DNA of 20,000 bases from Lama guanicoe (lineage: Eukaryota), in NCBI GenBank assembly GCA_013239625.1, contig MU056050.1:4313657-4333656 (forward strand), in the 5' to 3' direction. Every line of letters begins with the position of its first letter. Within the stretch, counting starts at the first letter, position 1. The notes beneath the pieces are model-generated. The model was given only the letters and a program-made list of their open reading frames with translations, had not been told where the DNA came from and did not search any database. The position numbers were made by a program, and so were the translations under genes. This document shows positions 10,498-20,000 of this stretch, in pieces.

Positions 10498-12295
10498 TCT
10501 TTCAACAGTTTGAATATGTCATTCCACTGCCTTCTGGTCTCCATGGTTTCTGACAAGAAGTCTGCTGTTAAGTTTATTGAAGATCTTTTGTACATGATGA
10601 ATTGCTTTCCCCTTGGTGCTTTAAAGATTATCTTTTTGTTTTTGTCTTTTAGCAGTTTGATTATCATATGTTCAGGTTTGTCTCTCTTTGAATTTATCCT
10701 GGTTGGAGTTCATTGAGCTCACTGAATTTTTAATTATTTTTTCCATCAAATTTGGTAACATTACAGTTATTATTTATTCAAATATTGATTGTGCATCTTC
10801 CTCTCCCTTCTCTCCTTGGACTCCCATTATGCCTATCCTGATATTCCTGATAGTATTCTAAAGGTTTCTTAGGTTTTGTTCATTTTTCTTTATTCTGTTA
10901 CCTTTGTCTTCCTCAGACTGGATAGTTTCATTTGACTTATCTCAGATTCACTGATTCTTTCTTGTGCCTCCTCAAATCTGATGTTGAATCCCTTTTGTGC
11001 ATTTTTTCATTTCAGTTATTGTACTTTTCAACTACAAAATTTAATTTACTTTTATATACTTTCTATACCTTTATTGACATGCTATACTTGGTGAAACATT
11101 CTCATAATATCTTTTATTTATCTAGACATTGTTGTCTTTAGTTTTTGAACTGATTAATAAGAACTGATTTAAAGTCTTTGTCTAGTAAGTTCAAAATTTG
11201 TGCTTCCTCAGGGAAAATTTGTATTCATTTGGTTTTCTTTATTATGGGCCACACTTTCCTCTTTCTTTGCATGTCTCAATTTTTTTTCTTTAAAACTAGA
11301 CTTTTAAAATACAATAATGTGGCCAAAACCTGTTTATCAGTTATTGTTGTTGCTCTCCTGCTTGCTTGTTTATTTGTTCTGTGATGTCCTTGAATCATCC
11401 TGTAAAGTCTGTATTTATTGTTGTGTGTGGCCATTGATGTATCTTAATTGAAGATAATGGTTGTAGAGAGATATACTTAAATTCATTGAATGAATAGTTC
11501 TTTTATCCTTACCAAGAGCCTCTGTATGTGTGTTGAGACACACTTCTAATACTTAGGTAGGAAATTTACAACTCTGCCTTAGCCTTCATTTCCTGATTGG
11601 GGAGAGACTCAAGGTCAGCCAGAGATAAGAAATTAAGGCCCTCTCAGATCTTTCCTAGGCATGGAAACAGTGTAGCACATGCATGTGGCCTTCTAGACTC
11701 CCAGGAATATGTAAGAACTTTTAAAAGTCCTTTATGAACATCTAATTCCTCAGGTTTTTTTTTTTTTTAGTTCTTTGCTTAACCTCTAGTTAGTCTCAGC
11801 TAGTATTGTTATCTCAGTCAGCTGAAATGTTAAACAGTTGCTGCTGATTATTTTCCACAACCTAGGGATGCTCGTGCAAAGTGAGATCTGAGCCAGGTCA
11901 GATAAAAGCAAACACTGAAAATAGAGCTTTTTAGGGAGCTTCCAAAAGGTTTCATAGTGACAATTCTCTGTGGATGGTGATTTTCAGAAACTAAACCAGC
12001 TATGCCCACTAATGTGCTGCTTTTCACAGATAAGCTCATTGTGATGCTATAGGTTTTAAACTCTACCACAGAGCTAAAGAGAAAAGGATAGAAATAGGGC
12101 AAGTTAAAATGTAAAAATGCTCACTGTTCTCACTGATAGTCAGCTGTTTTTCCTAAAAAAACATTGTTCAGATTTTACAAGATGTTGGTTAATTTCCAGA
12201 GTTACTAAAAAGTTGATTTTGACAATTTTTGCTGTCATTTTATTTCCTTCATGGAGGAGTGGGTTTTTGAGGTCATTACACTAACCTTCTGAAAA
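10498..12295 (-). mobile_element. Old LINE-1, segment 2: degenerate ORF1 and 5'UTR (L1MC/L1MD/L1M4-like 5' end)
   Basis: ORF 10461-10667(-) 'IIKLLKDKNKKIIFKAPRGKQFIMYKRSSINLTADFLSETMETRRQWNDIFKLLK' is L1 ORF1p. 'ttggttaatttccagag...aaagttgattttgacaatttttgc...atggaggag' (~12186-12260) resembles recalled old L1M 5' ends. Subfamily uncertain. Confidence 0.85.
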
Positions 12296-12309
12296 TGTTT
12301 ATTGCATAA

Positions 12310-12522
12310 AATATAATTTTTAAAGCCTATGTTCATAGTAACAACACTGCCCAAAAAAACACAAAGGAAAAAGCAGCAGAAACTAAAGAAGAAATGAACA
12401 GTTTAACAATCATACTAGGAGACTTCAATGCACCCACTCTCATTAATGGATAAAACATCTAGATAGAACATTAGCAAGAACATAGGAGACTTAACACTAC
12501 AAAACAACTTTACCTAAAATAT
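12310..12522 (+). mobile_element. Old LINE-1 ORF2 endonuclease-region fragment
   Basis: 'acaatcatactaggagacttcaatgcacc' translates to TIILGDFNAP, followed after a frameshift by LSLMDKTSR*NISKNIGDL. Confidence 0.8.
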
Positions 12523-12800
12523 GCTACTACAGTATATCATTTACATGAACTGTCCAAGACAGGCAAGTCTATAGAAATAAAAAGTAAATTAGTTGTTGCC
12601 TACATTTGAGGTGGCAGACAAGGATTGACTGCAAGGAGTTATGATGAATCTCTTTGGGGTAATGGAAATGCTCTAAAATCAGATTGTTGTGATATTTGCA
12701 TTACTCTTTAAATGGACAAGAAATCACTGAGTTACACATTTAAAATGAATGAATTGTATGGCATATAAATTATACTTCAGTGAAGTAATTTTTTTAAAAA
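12523..12800 (+). mobile_element. Old LINE-1 3'UTR (L1MB/L1ME-like)
   Basis: 'gtccaagacaggcaagtctatagaaataaaaagtaaattagttgttgcct...tttggggtaatggaaatgctctaaaatcagattgttgtgat...gaattgtatggcatataaattatacttca' follows the L1MB-type 3' end. Confidence 0.8.
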
Positions 12801-13462
12801 GTCCATGTCAATAAAAGTATGAACTCTTAGAATTTCAGTAAACTAGAACCTTGAGATAATCCATCTGTTATATCAGGAACACAGAGAATAATTAAACAAT
12901 AGCAACAATGACCAAACAAACAAAAAATACATGCTTTTAACTGTACATTTGTGTAAATGTGACATATCCTCATTTTATAACTTTATACCTGTTGAATTAA
13001 ATAGAATACTACATGAATTCTCAATAACTGTTACTTAAATATGATAGAATTATATTTTGATATAATCAGAAAATACTGGAATTATTAAAAAATTGAGAAC
13101 AAATTTCATGGTTCATTGCTTTATTCAGACTTTTTCTAAAGTGTTTGAAAATTACCAAAGGCTTTTCTTGTAGAATTTTATATGAGTCATGGATATGCTG
13201 ACAGATTATTGACATATTTCCACGTCAGTGTGAGGAATTTTAAAATCACCATAATACAGAAGATAAACTTGCAAACACTCTAGAATTAATCACTGTAACC
13301 ACAAAATGAAATAAATGTATGACAGGTGAATCAATCATTCAAGAACATGATACTCGTTATGTTAATGTTTATAACGAGGTTCAATAAAATCAGTATCATT
13401 TTATTTGAAAAAAGTTTAAAACATTCTGTTTCTTAACAAAATAGATTTGGGGCGACGCCAGG

Positions 13463-13470
13463 AACATGGC
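13463..13470 (+). promoter_or_regulatory. YY1-like motif at the L1 5' terminus
   Basis: AACATGGC matches AANATGGC and starts 14 nt after the L1 start, where L1 YY1 sites normally lie. Confidence 0.55.
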
Positions 13471-14234
13471 AGAGTGAAAAGCTACCTTTATCTCCTCCTT
13501 TCAACCTTGCAATGAATAAAACATCCACAACTCAACGAAAGTGCCTCTGCCCAACACAACAGGTTGCCTGAGAATTCCACACATGTTTACATCCAAAGTT
13601 GGGTAGACCGGAACACATAGAGAAGGTGGAACTGAGGGAATAGTGGAGTATGTGCCTGCAATCCTGACCCTAAGACTGTAGCAGCTGAGCCCACAGCTTT
13701 TGAGACCCCAGTAGCAGCAAGGGGAGCCATGTACATGACTCTGGTCTCACAAACATACCAGCCTCTGCAGCCACAGGTAACTAACTGGGCAGCAGCAGCA
13801 GCAGTGGGGCCTGGGATTCAATTACTCCAGCCACTGAAGCACTTAAGACCTCAGACCTCACCTCCTCATCCAAAGTGGCAGAGCCCATGAACCTTACAAC
13901 ACCAGACACAGTAGAGGCACCTGCATGACACCAGCTCCCCACATCACTACCCCCTACCCCCATGGCAGAAACTGTGTCTCAGGAGATCCTGGACACAAGA
14001 GAAGAACCCAATGATGACATCCATTCTGGCAGAAGCAAGACAGCAATGACCCCAGAGGTAACAAAAAGAGACAAGGCATGCAGCCATACCTCTTACAGAG
14101 AAGGGGGAGGCTGGGAAGTCCCAACTCTTAAATATAAGAGGCAGCTGAGGCAAGAGAATCCAAAAACTTGTGTTACAGCGCCACCTACCAGAAAACAGAA
14201 AAAAGACTCTAACTTCTAACGTCATTAACTTCAA

Positions 14235-14998
14235 ATGCACCGGCTGGGGAACAATTCATCAAGTACCATGAAGAACCACAATAACACTATACCACAAAAA
14301 GAAAATCATAATTCTCCAGAAACAAAACAAGTCACAAAATAGTGTGATTTAACTGATAGAGAATTCAAAGTAGGTGTCGTGAAGTAACTCAATGAGATAC
14401 AAGAAAACACAGAAAAGCAATTTAATGAGCCCAGGAATAAAATTAATGAACATAAGGAATATTTTTACCAAAGAGATTGAAACTCTAAAAAAGAACCAAA
14501 CAAATTGTGGAGCTCAGGAATTCAATAAATGAGATAAAAATGCATTAGAATGCATTGGAAATAGAGCAGACCATATAGAAGAGAATTAGTGGGCTCAAAG
14601 ATAGAACTTTAGAAATGATATAAGGAGAAGGAAGAGAAATGATAAAAAAAAAAGATGAAATTATTCAAGAGCTACCTGATTCTTTCAGAAGGGCAACATT
14701 AGGATAATGGGTATCCTGGTAGAACAGAAGGAGAAGGGAGAAGAGAGATTATTTAAAGAAATGAGTTGAGCACTTCTCAAATTTGAGAAAGAACTAGATA
14801 TGCAAGTCCATGAAACTAAGAGAACACCTGATTGTCTCAATGCAAAAAGACCTTCTCTAAGACATATAATAGTAAAACTGTCAGAAGTCAATAACAGAGA
14901 AAGAATTTTAAAGGCAACCAGGGAAAAAAGGATGGTAACATACAAAGGAATCCCTATTAGGTTATCAGCAGATTTCTCAGCAGAAACTCTACTAGCAG
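14235..14998 (+). pseudogene. LINE-1 ORF1p remnant (frameshifted, C-terminally truncated)
   Basis: 'DLTDREFK...LNEIQENTEKQFNE' and ORF 14800-15051 'KRPSLRHIIVKLSEVNNRERILKATREKRMVTYKGIPIRLSADFSAETL' are ORF1p. Start position approximate. Confidence 0.85.
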
Positions 14999-15659
14999 AA
15001 ATTAGTGCAGCCACTATGGGAAGATTATATGGAGATTCGTCCACAAATTAAGACTAGAACTACCATATGATCCAGTTATCCCACTTCTGGGTATTTATCC
15101 AAAGAATATGAAAACATTAATCTGAAAATATATATGCACCCTCATGTTTATCATGGCATTATTTACAATAACTAAGGTATGGGAAATGTCCACCTAAATG
15201 TCCATCAATAGATGAATGAATAAAGAAGATGTTGTATATATATAAAACAGAATATTATACAGTCATTAAAAAGTTGAAATCCTGCCATTTGCTAAAACAT
15301 GGATAGATAGATGTTGAGGTTATTATGCTAAATGAAATGTCATATGGCAAAAAACATATTGTATGATTTCAATCATATGTAAAAAATAAAAAGTTGATAA
15401 ACAAACAAAAACAAAATAAATGAGCAAACAAAAGCAAACATATAGATACAGAGAACAAAGTAATGGTTACCAGAGGGGAAGAGGTGGGGGGGTTCTAAAT
15501 GGGTAAAGGGGATCACCTGTATGATAACAAATGGAGAACATATTTTTGGTGGTGAGCAAAAACAAAAACAACCCAAAAAACAAAGTAGATTTAATTAACA
15601 ATAGTTTTAATTTAACAATAATAGTAATTTAAAATATATATTAGAGTATACTAAGCACT

Positions 15660-15905
15660 CCAACAATAACTACAATTTGATTGTTTACTGTGTGCTAGCT
15701 GCTACACTTTACAAAATCTATCTATTCATACAAATTTATTATATAATATTTGTATAGATAGATGTAAATACATATATATGTGTATAAAATATCTACTATT
15801 CACAAGTCTGTGAGATACTTAATGTTATTATTCCCATTGTAAAGTTGAAGAAGCTGAGGGTTGGAGAGGTTAAACAATATGGCCAAGATTGTACAACCAG
15901 AAAGT
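15660..15905 (-). mobile_element. MIR SINE, interrupted by a TA-rich stretch
   Basis: 'ttattattcccattgtaaagttgaagaagctgagggttggagaggttaaacaatatggccaagattgtacaaccagaaagt' is the reverse MIR core. Confidence 0.75.
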
Positions 15906-16011
15906 TCAAGAAACTTTAAAGAAAAGCATTGAGTTTCTTCAACTTGAACATTTAGAATAATTCTGTGAAATATAATTTATCTAATGAACCTGGACCTGTG
16001 CTCTATTCCAG

Positions 16012-16222
16012 AAGAGAGAATTAATCTATGATGTTAAAAGTTAGGATAGTGGTTATTCTTAGATGGATAGTAAGTGGAAGGGAGCCTGCAAAAGGCCTCT
16101 GGGTATTGGGGTTCTGTTTCTCTTGGTACGAGTTATATCAAGTTTGTGAAAATAATTCAAGCTATACAGTTATGATATGTGCTCTTTTATATATATCAAA
16201 TTTAAATTAAAGAATTAAAAAA
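16012..16222 (+). mobile_element. Ancient LINE-1 3'UTR (L1ME-like)
   Basis: 'taatctatgatgttaaaagttaggatagtggttatt...gttctgtttctcttgg...tttgtgaaaataattcaagctatacagttatgatatgtgc' followed by an A-rich end. Confidence 0.75.
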
Positions 16223-16569
16223 TTAATACGTTGAACTTTATTTTCAATGATACTTTCCAGGAATAGGTTCTGGTGAACAAAAACTGTAATTCTTATTGTG
16301 AAAATTTAAATATCTATGTGAGAGGGCATTTTGAATAACGGGCCACCAATTCTAAAAACATAAAGCATAGGAGAAAGTTTTAGTTATCAACTTTCTTGTT
16401 TTAGAGTTGTTTTATTTTTCTGTAAAATTTAATATATTCAGTTTCAATCTGTTTTGTTCTTGGCAGACTTAAAGATAAGAGTCCTTGGGCTGTACTCCCA
16501 CTGAAAATTTCTAACTCAAATATTTTGGGCAAATATTTTTGGTATTCAACTAAAAGACCACAACAAACT

Positions 16570-17080
16570 GTATGTGAAGATCAAGTTTGATTTCAGTAAA
16601 CCAAGTAACAAAATCTCTTGTGGCATACTTGTAGTTGAAAGAAAAAAAATGTGGCCTGAATGATAAAAAGTGTTAGGTGGATTAGCAGTCAAATAACCTC
16701 ATATCAAAATTATCAAATAATCAACTAGTGTTAACTTGGAAAATAGTCTCTAGCAGAATAACTTGAGACTCTTCCTTAATCCTTTCTGATCCGACATAGT
16801 AAACAAAAACATTAATGCAGCTTTAGAAGTCTTTCTTTTCAAATATTCAAGTGACCCAAAGCTGAGGGAGAAATATAACATGTTGGATTCCAGTTGAAAT
16901 TAAAAATCATCTTGAGTAACTGGAAAATGCAGGGTAGTCCAGTGTTATGAATTTAGATTTAATCAATCACACAGTTAATTGATTGGAGAGAAGTTCACAT
17001 AAAAGAAATATTTTCAATTATACTAAGCTGCTAAAATGAATGTAATCTTGGCAGATTATTATGTATAAATATAGTGTATC
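16570..17080 (+). mobile_element. L3/CR1 LINE fragment (RT region)
   Basis: 'gatttcagtaaa...aaatctct' (DFSK region), 'gttaggtggatt', 'ttggaaaatagtctctagcaga', 'tcaaatattcaagtgacccaaagctg' (degenerate KFADDTKL) and 'aatgtaatcttggc...tatagtgt' occur in L3 consensus order. Confidence 0.65.
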
Positions 17081-17083
17081 ACT

Positions 17084-17280
17084 CAGCATTTCCAAAAGTG
17101 TGTTTTGCAAGATGTTAATAACTACCTAATGAAAAAAATGGCAATTGGGAAATGCTGGGTTCACCAGTTAATCAGTTTTACTGAAGGGCTTTTCAGACCC
17201 TTTCATGAACAATGAAAAACTCTTTGCTGTGGAGCATTTGAATGACTGGTGTTTCAGGGAAAATTTTTAGTGAAAAACTG
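17084..17280. mobile_element. hAT-Charlie non-autonomous DNA transposon (MER103C-like)
   Basis: Degenerate TIRs 'cagcatttccaaaagtgtgtt' and 'ggaaaatttttagtgaaaaactg'; internal 'ttgggaaatgctgggtt...tttactgaagggcttttcagacccttt' resembles MER103C. Confidence 0.65.
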
Positions 17281-17344
17281 ACATAGATCAAAAACAACAC
17301 TTTTTTTGGTTTCTTTTAGAAAAGAGTCGTGTTATATTCAGTAA

Positions 17345-17495
17345 GTAATACAATATTTTAAATAATTTTGATAGTTATACAGATAATACAGACTTAAAGA
17401 AGAAAACTTGGAAAATATGAAAAAGAATAAGGGAGATAATAAGGGGTAGCTTTAATATCTTCAATCAATGGAACCATTAGTAATATTTAGGGAGT
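17345..17495 (-). mobile_element. Possible ancient L1ME 3' end fragment
   Basis: 'taataca...gaaaacttggaaaatatgaaaaagaataag...aaccattagtaatatttag' resembles reverse L1ME3/4 3' termini. Low complexity, weak. Confidence 0.35.
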
Positions 17496-17499
17496 TTAA

Positions 17500-17752
17500 T
17501 TACTGGGGTAAAGAATTTTAGAAGCCAAGTTTGATTTCAACCCTGGTTTCACCGTGTATCAACTAGCTATGTGATATATGACCTTAGGTAAGCTTGGTGA
17601 TTTCTCTGCATTTCAATTTCCCATCTGTTCCATTGAGAGAAAAATACTCAGTCTGTGGTTGTTGTGATGGTTAAATAAGTAATTTATCTAAAACCCCTAG
17701 CACTGTATCTGACACTTATTAAGTACTAAATAAACGACAGTTTGTTATTTGT
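17500..17752 (+). mobile_element. MIR SINE, near full length
   Basis: 'tttcaaccctggtttcacc...actagctatgtg...gaccttaggtaag...tctctgcatttcaatttcccatctgt...gttgttgtgatggttaaataag...tagcactgtatctgacac...taagtactaaataaa'. Confidence 0.8.
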
Positions 17753-18284
17753 TGCTGTTACTGTTATTTGGACATTTTTCTTATATTTCTTTTGTATGCT
17801 CTGTACATGATTGCTCAAATGAGCCAACTTTGACTAGAAAATATGTAATGGGAGAGATTGCCAGGTACCAATTCCAACAAGACAGAATATCTGTACAGTT
17901 CCTATAGAATGTTTGATTAAGTACAAACATTTGAGTCCATCAAGGTAAATCAGCTACAAATATGTATCCCCAGGCAGATGGATGATTTTGTGCTTATTTG
18001 TTTTTAACAATTTAACAGTGTTCATTTTGACATTGAATATTTTATATCATTGCCATACTAGAGACTTTACGTATTTTTAGCTTGGTCGTGCATTCATTCT
18101 AGTCACCTTAAAAGTAGATCCAAGTAATTCTCTCTCCCTTTCTCGCCCCCAAACCCCTTCATACACATTACAGAAGGGCAAATAGCACCTTCATATTTCA
18201 CATATATTAAAATTTGTTTTCATCTTTAAGAGGAACACTCCTGTGTAGTCTAATTCTGGGGTCATGCTTTTAGGAGTATTAACA

Positions 18285-18460
18285 TATGACTATCCTGATA
18301 ATGGAACTAAGATCAGTAAGTCAAAATTACAAGGATTCAGGTTGGTTAAAAATAACAATAAATAGTTTATGACAATTTCAAAATGACCAAAAAATGAATA
18401 GGTTGCCTCAATGTAAGCTTTTCACACTGGTAGTGTTAAGTAGGGGATGATTTTTCCAGA
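18285..18460 (+). mobile_element. L3/CR1 (or MIR3-shared) 3' region fragment
   Basis: 'gaactaagatcagt...aaattacaagga...ccaaaaaatgaataggttgcctca...cacactggtagtgttaagtag' is collinear with the L3 3' end. Confidence 0.45.
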
Positions 18461-18879
18461 CTCAAATTAACTGCTACATAAATTTCTTGTTCCAAAACTT
18501 CTAAGAAAGAGAAATCACACAGTATTCCATCCAATACAGGCCCTGATATTCTGTTAGCCCTGTGTTTCTCAAACTTAATTTTGCTACAAAGTTATTCAAA
18601 GTCAAAATATAGATATGATGCATCTTTCTATAGCATCAATTTTACTCAAAAATTTCAGTTGAAAGAAATCATCAATTTTATCTAAACAAAGACATATTAT
18701 GGAAAAGAATGCAAAAATCCATGTTCATGTTTAAGAGGACATCAAAGATTCAAGAAAACAATGAATTTGTTGTGAGCTATGTTGGCCTAGTTTCCCAGAC
18801 TCCTAAGGGATGTGTATTTATTTCTTTGCTATTAGATATGCTTGAGGAGAAAAAATTTATAAACAATGTTCAGAGTCTT

Positions 18880-18975
18880 GATTTTAGAGACTATTTCAAC
18901 ACATGATGAATATAGTGCTGGGAGACATTAGTGAAAGACATGGTCCTAGTCTGCAACAAAATGACAGTCAACTAA
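18880..18975 (-). mobile_element. Short L2 3' fragment
   Basis: 'gtgctgggagacattagtgaaagacatggtcct...tgacagtc' resembles the reverse L2 3' end. Confidence 0.4.
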
Positions 18976-18999
18976 AGCATAGGAATAATAGTACGTGTC

Positions 19000-19400
19000 C
19001 ATTTATTTTGAAAGTTACTTGATTTTTCCCAACCAAAAGTGATGGGCTTGTCTTATGATTTAATTGATTTAATTAAGGAAAATGACATCTGATCCTTTTA
19101 TCATGTGAGTTTCTATGAAAAACAACAGTTTTAATAAGCCATCAAAGGCTGTAATGTATCTCAACTTATTTTCCTACCCTTGGTTTACAAAAAAAAGAAA
19201 AAAACAGAAAAACACTAAAAACAAACAAAAAACACACTCATCATAAATAGCATAGTGTATGTATGCCAGGTTTCCATAGATTTAGCTGATTAATTCTTAG
19301 GTATCATTTTCAAAACGTTTTCTGATGGCTTCATCATGTTTAATGATGGTAGTCTTATTATTTCCCATAAATTTCTTTCACTTAAAAAAATCTAGCAACA
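19000..19400 (-). mobile_element. Possible very old L1 ORF2 fragment
   Basis: 'ttaattaaggaaaatgacatct' and 'gattaattcttaggtat' resemble reverse L1 ORF2 motifs; interrupted by an A-rich tract at ~19188-19232. Weak. Confidence 0.3.
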
Positions 19401-19677
19401 GTAATTGAAGTTATTTTTCAGATAATTAAACTTTACCTAAAGGGTACTCTTCATGTTATTTGTATGGAAATGCCTATTTAATTACACAACAAGGAATTAT
19501 ATGATATATATTTCTTTCTTCAGTTAATCAACTAAGCTTTAACCTGGTTTTATTAATTAGTACTGTGATATGTGTTCAAGTGTGACCAAGTTTAAATAAA
19601 GATATCATGAATGAGATGCATTTTTCTTTCTGGTAAATAAAAAAATCCCTTCTATTTTTCACAGGAATAAAATAGGA

Positions 19678-20000
19678 TTTGTTTTTTTTAACATTTTTTA
19701 TTGATTTATAATCATTTTACAATGTTGTGTCAAATTCCAGTGTTCAGCACAATTTTTCAGTCATTCATGGACATATACACACTCATTGTCACATTTTTTT
19801 TCTCTGTGATTTATCATAACATTTTGTGTATATTTCCCTGTGCTATACAGTGTAATCTTGTTTATCTATTCTACAATTTTGAAATCCCAGTCTATCCCTT
19901 CCCACCCTCTACCCCCCTGGTAACCACAAGTCTGTATTCTCTGTCCATGAGTCTTTAGATTCCACATATGAGCGATCTCATATGGTATTTTTCTTTCTCT
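19678..20000 (-). mobile_element. Young LINE-1 3' end (related to the copy at 9443-10485), running off the window edge
   Basis: The reverse complement aligns by eye with ~10120-10485, including the ORF2 end ([13 protein letters not shown], stop at 19955-19957), the G-rich tract and 'acactggaatttgacacaacattgtaaa.tgattataaatcaataaaaaatgttaaaaaaaa'. Confidence 0.93.

Larger units (their letters stand above)
13449..15578 (+). mobile_element. Internally deleted LINE-1 (5'UTR + ORF1 + extreme ORF2 3' part + 3'UTR), 2130 bp, TSD-flanked
   Basis: Begins 'ggggcgacgccaggaacatggc' (L1 5' terminus with YY1-like site); ORF1 remnants; junction to ORF2 C-terminal 'aaattagtgcagccactatgg' at ~15000; A-rich tail 15558-15578; 14-bp TSD aacaaaatagattt (13435-13448) / aacaaagtagattt (15579-15592), with TT before the left copy. 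Confidence 0.92.

Noticed and set aside
10005..11384. Other overlapping ORFs around the young L1 3'UTR and antisense to the old ORF1
   Set aside because: Alternative-frame or antisense readings of L1 sequence; only 10461-10667(-) has real ORF1p similarity.
13781..14240. ORFs within the L1 5'UTR, including antisense ORF0-like candidates and a (CAG)5 run at 13790-13804
   Set aside because: No similarity I can recognise, ORF0 is described for primate L1 only, and the repeat is too short to matter.
15902..15945. 14-bp inverted repeat with one mismatch (aagttcaagaaact / agtttcttcaactt), 16-nt loop
   Set aside because: AT-rich and too short for a pre-miRNA stem or MITE; plausible by chance or local duplication.
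18709..18906. 65-aa plus-strand ORF in apparently unique sequence
   Set aside because: No domain similarity or convincing splice signals.

Overview
AT-rich, CpG-poor placental-mammal genomic DNA, either intergenic or deep in an intron. No host protein-coding exon, RNA gene or CRISPR array can be supported. The window is a layered record of transposable elements: ancient MIR, L2 and L3/CR1 fragments, a complete MLT1-type MaLR solo LTR with a 5-bp TSD, a MER103-like hAT MITE, and several LINE-1 copies of different ages. A ~5.5 kb old L1 on the minus strand (~6765-12295) is split inside ORF1 by a young 5'-truncated L1 whose ORF2 C-terminus is still open (9443-10485). A 2.1 kb TSD-flanked L1 (13449-15578) joins 5'UTR+ORF1 directly to the end of ORF2. 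A second young L1 3' end enters at the right edge on the minus strand. The young L1 3'UTR, plus the absence of recognisable Alu, B1, Bov-A/BovB, PRE-1 or SINEC elements, tentatively suggests a cetartiodactyl, probably a camelid. The best non-repeat candidate for function is a homeodomain-motif cluster at ~4480-5020. I found no evidence of a new biological system. All family names come from recalled consensus sequences and need confirmation with RepeatMasker/Dfam.
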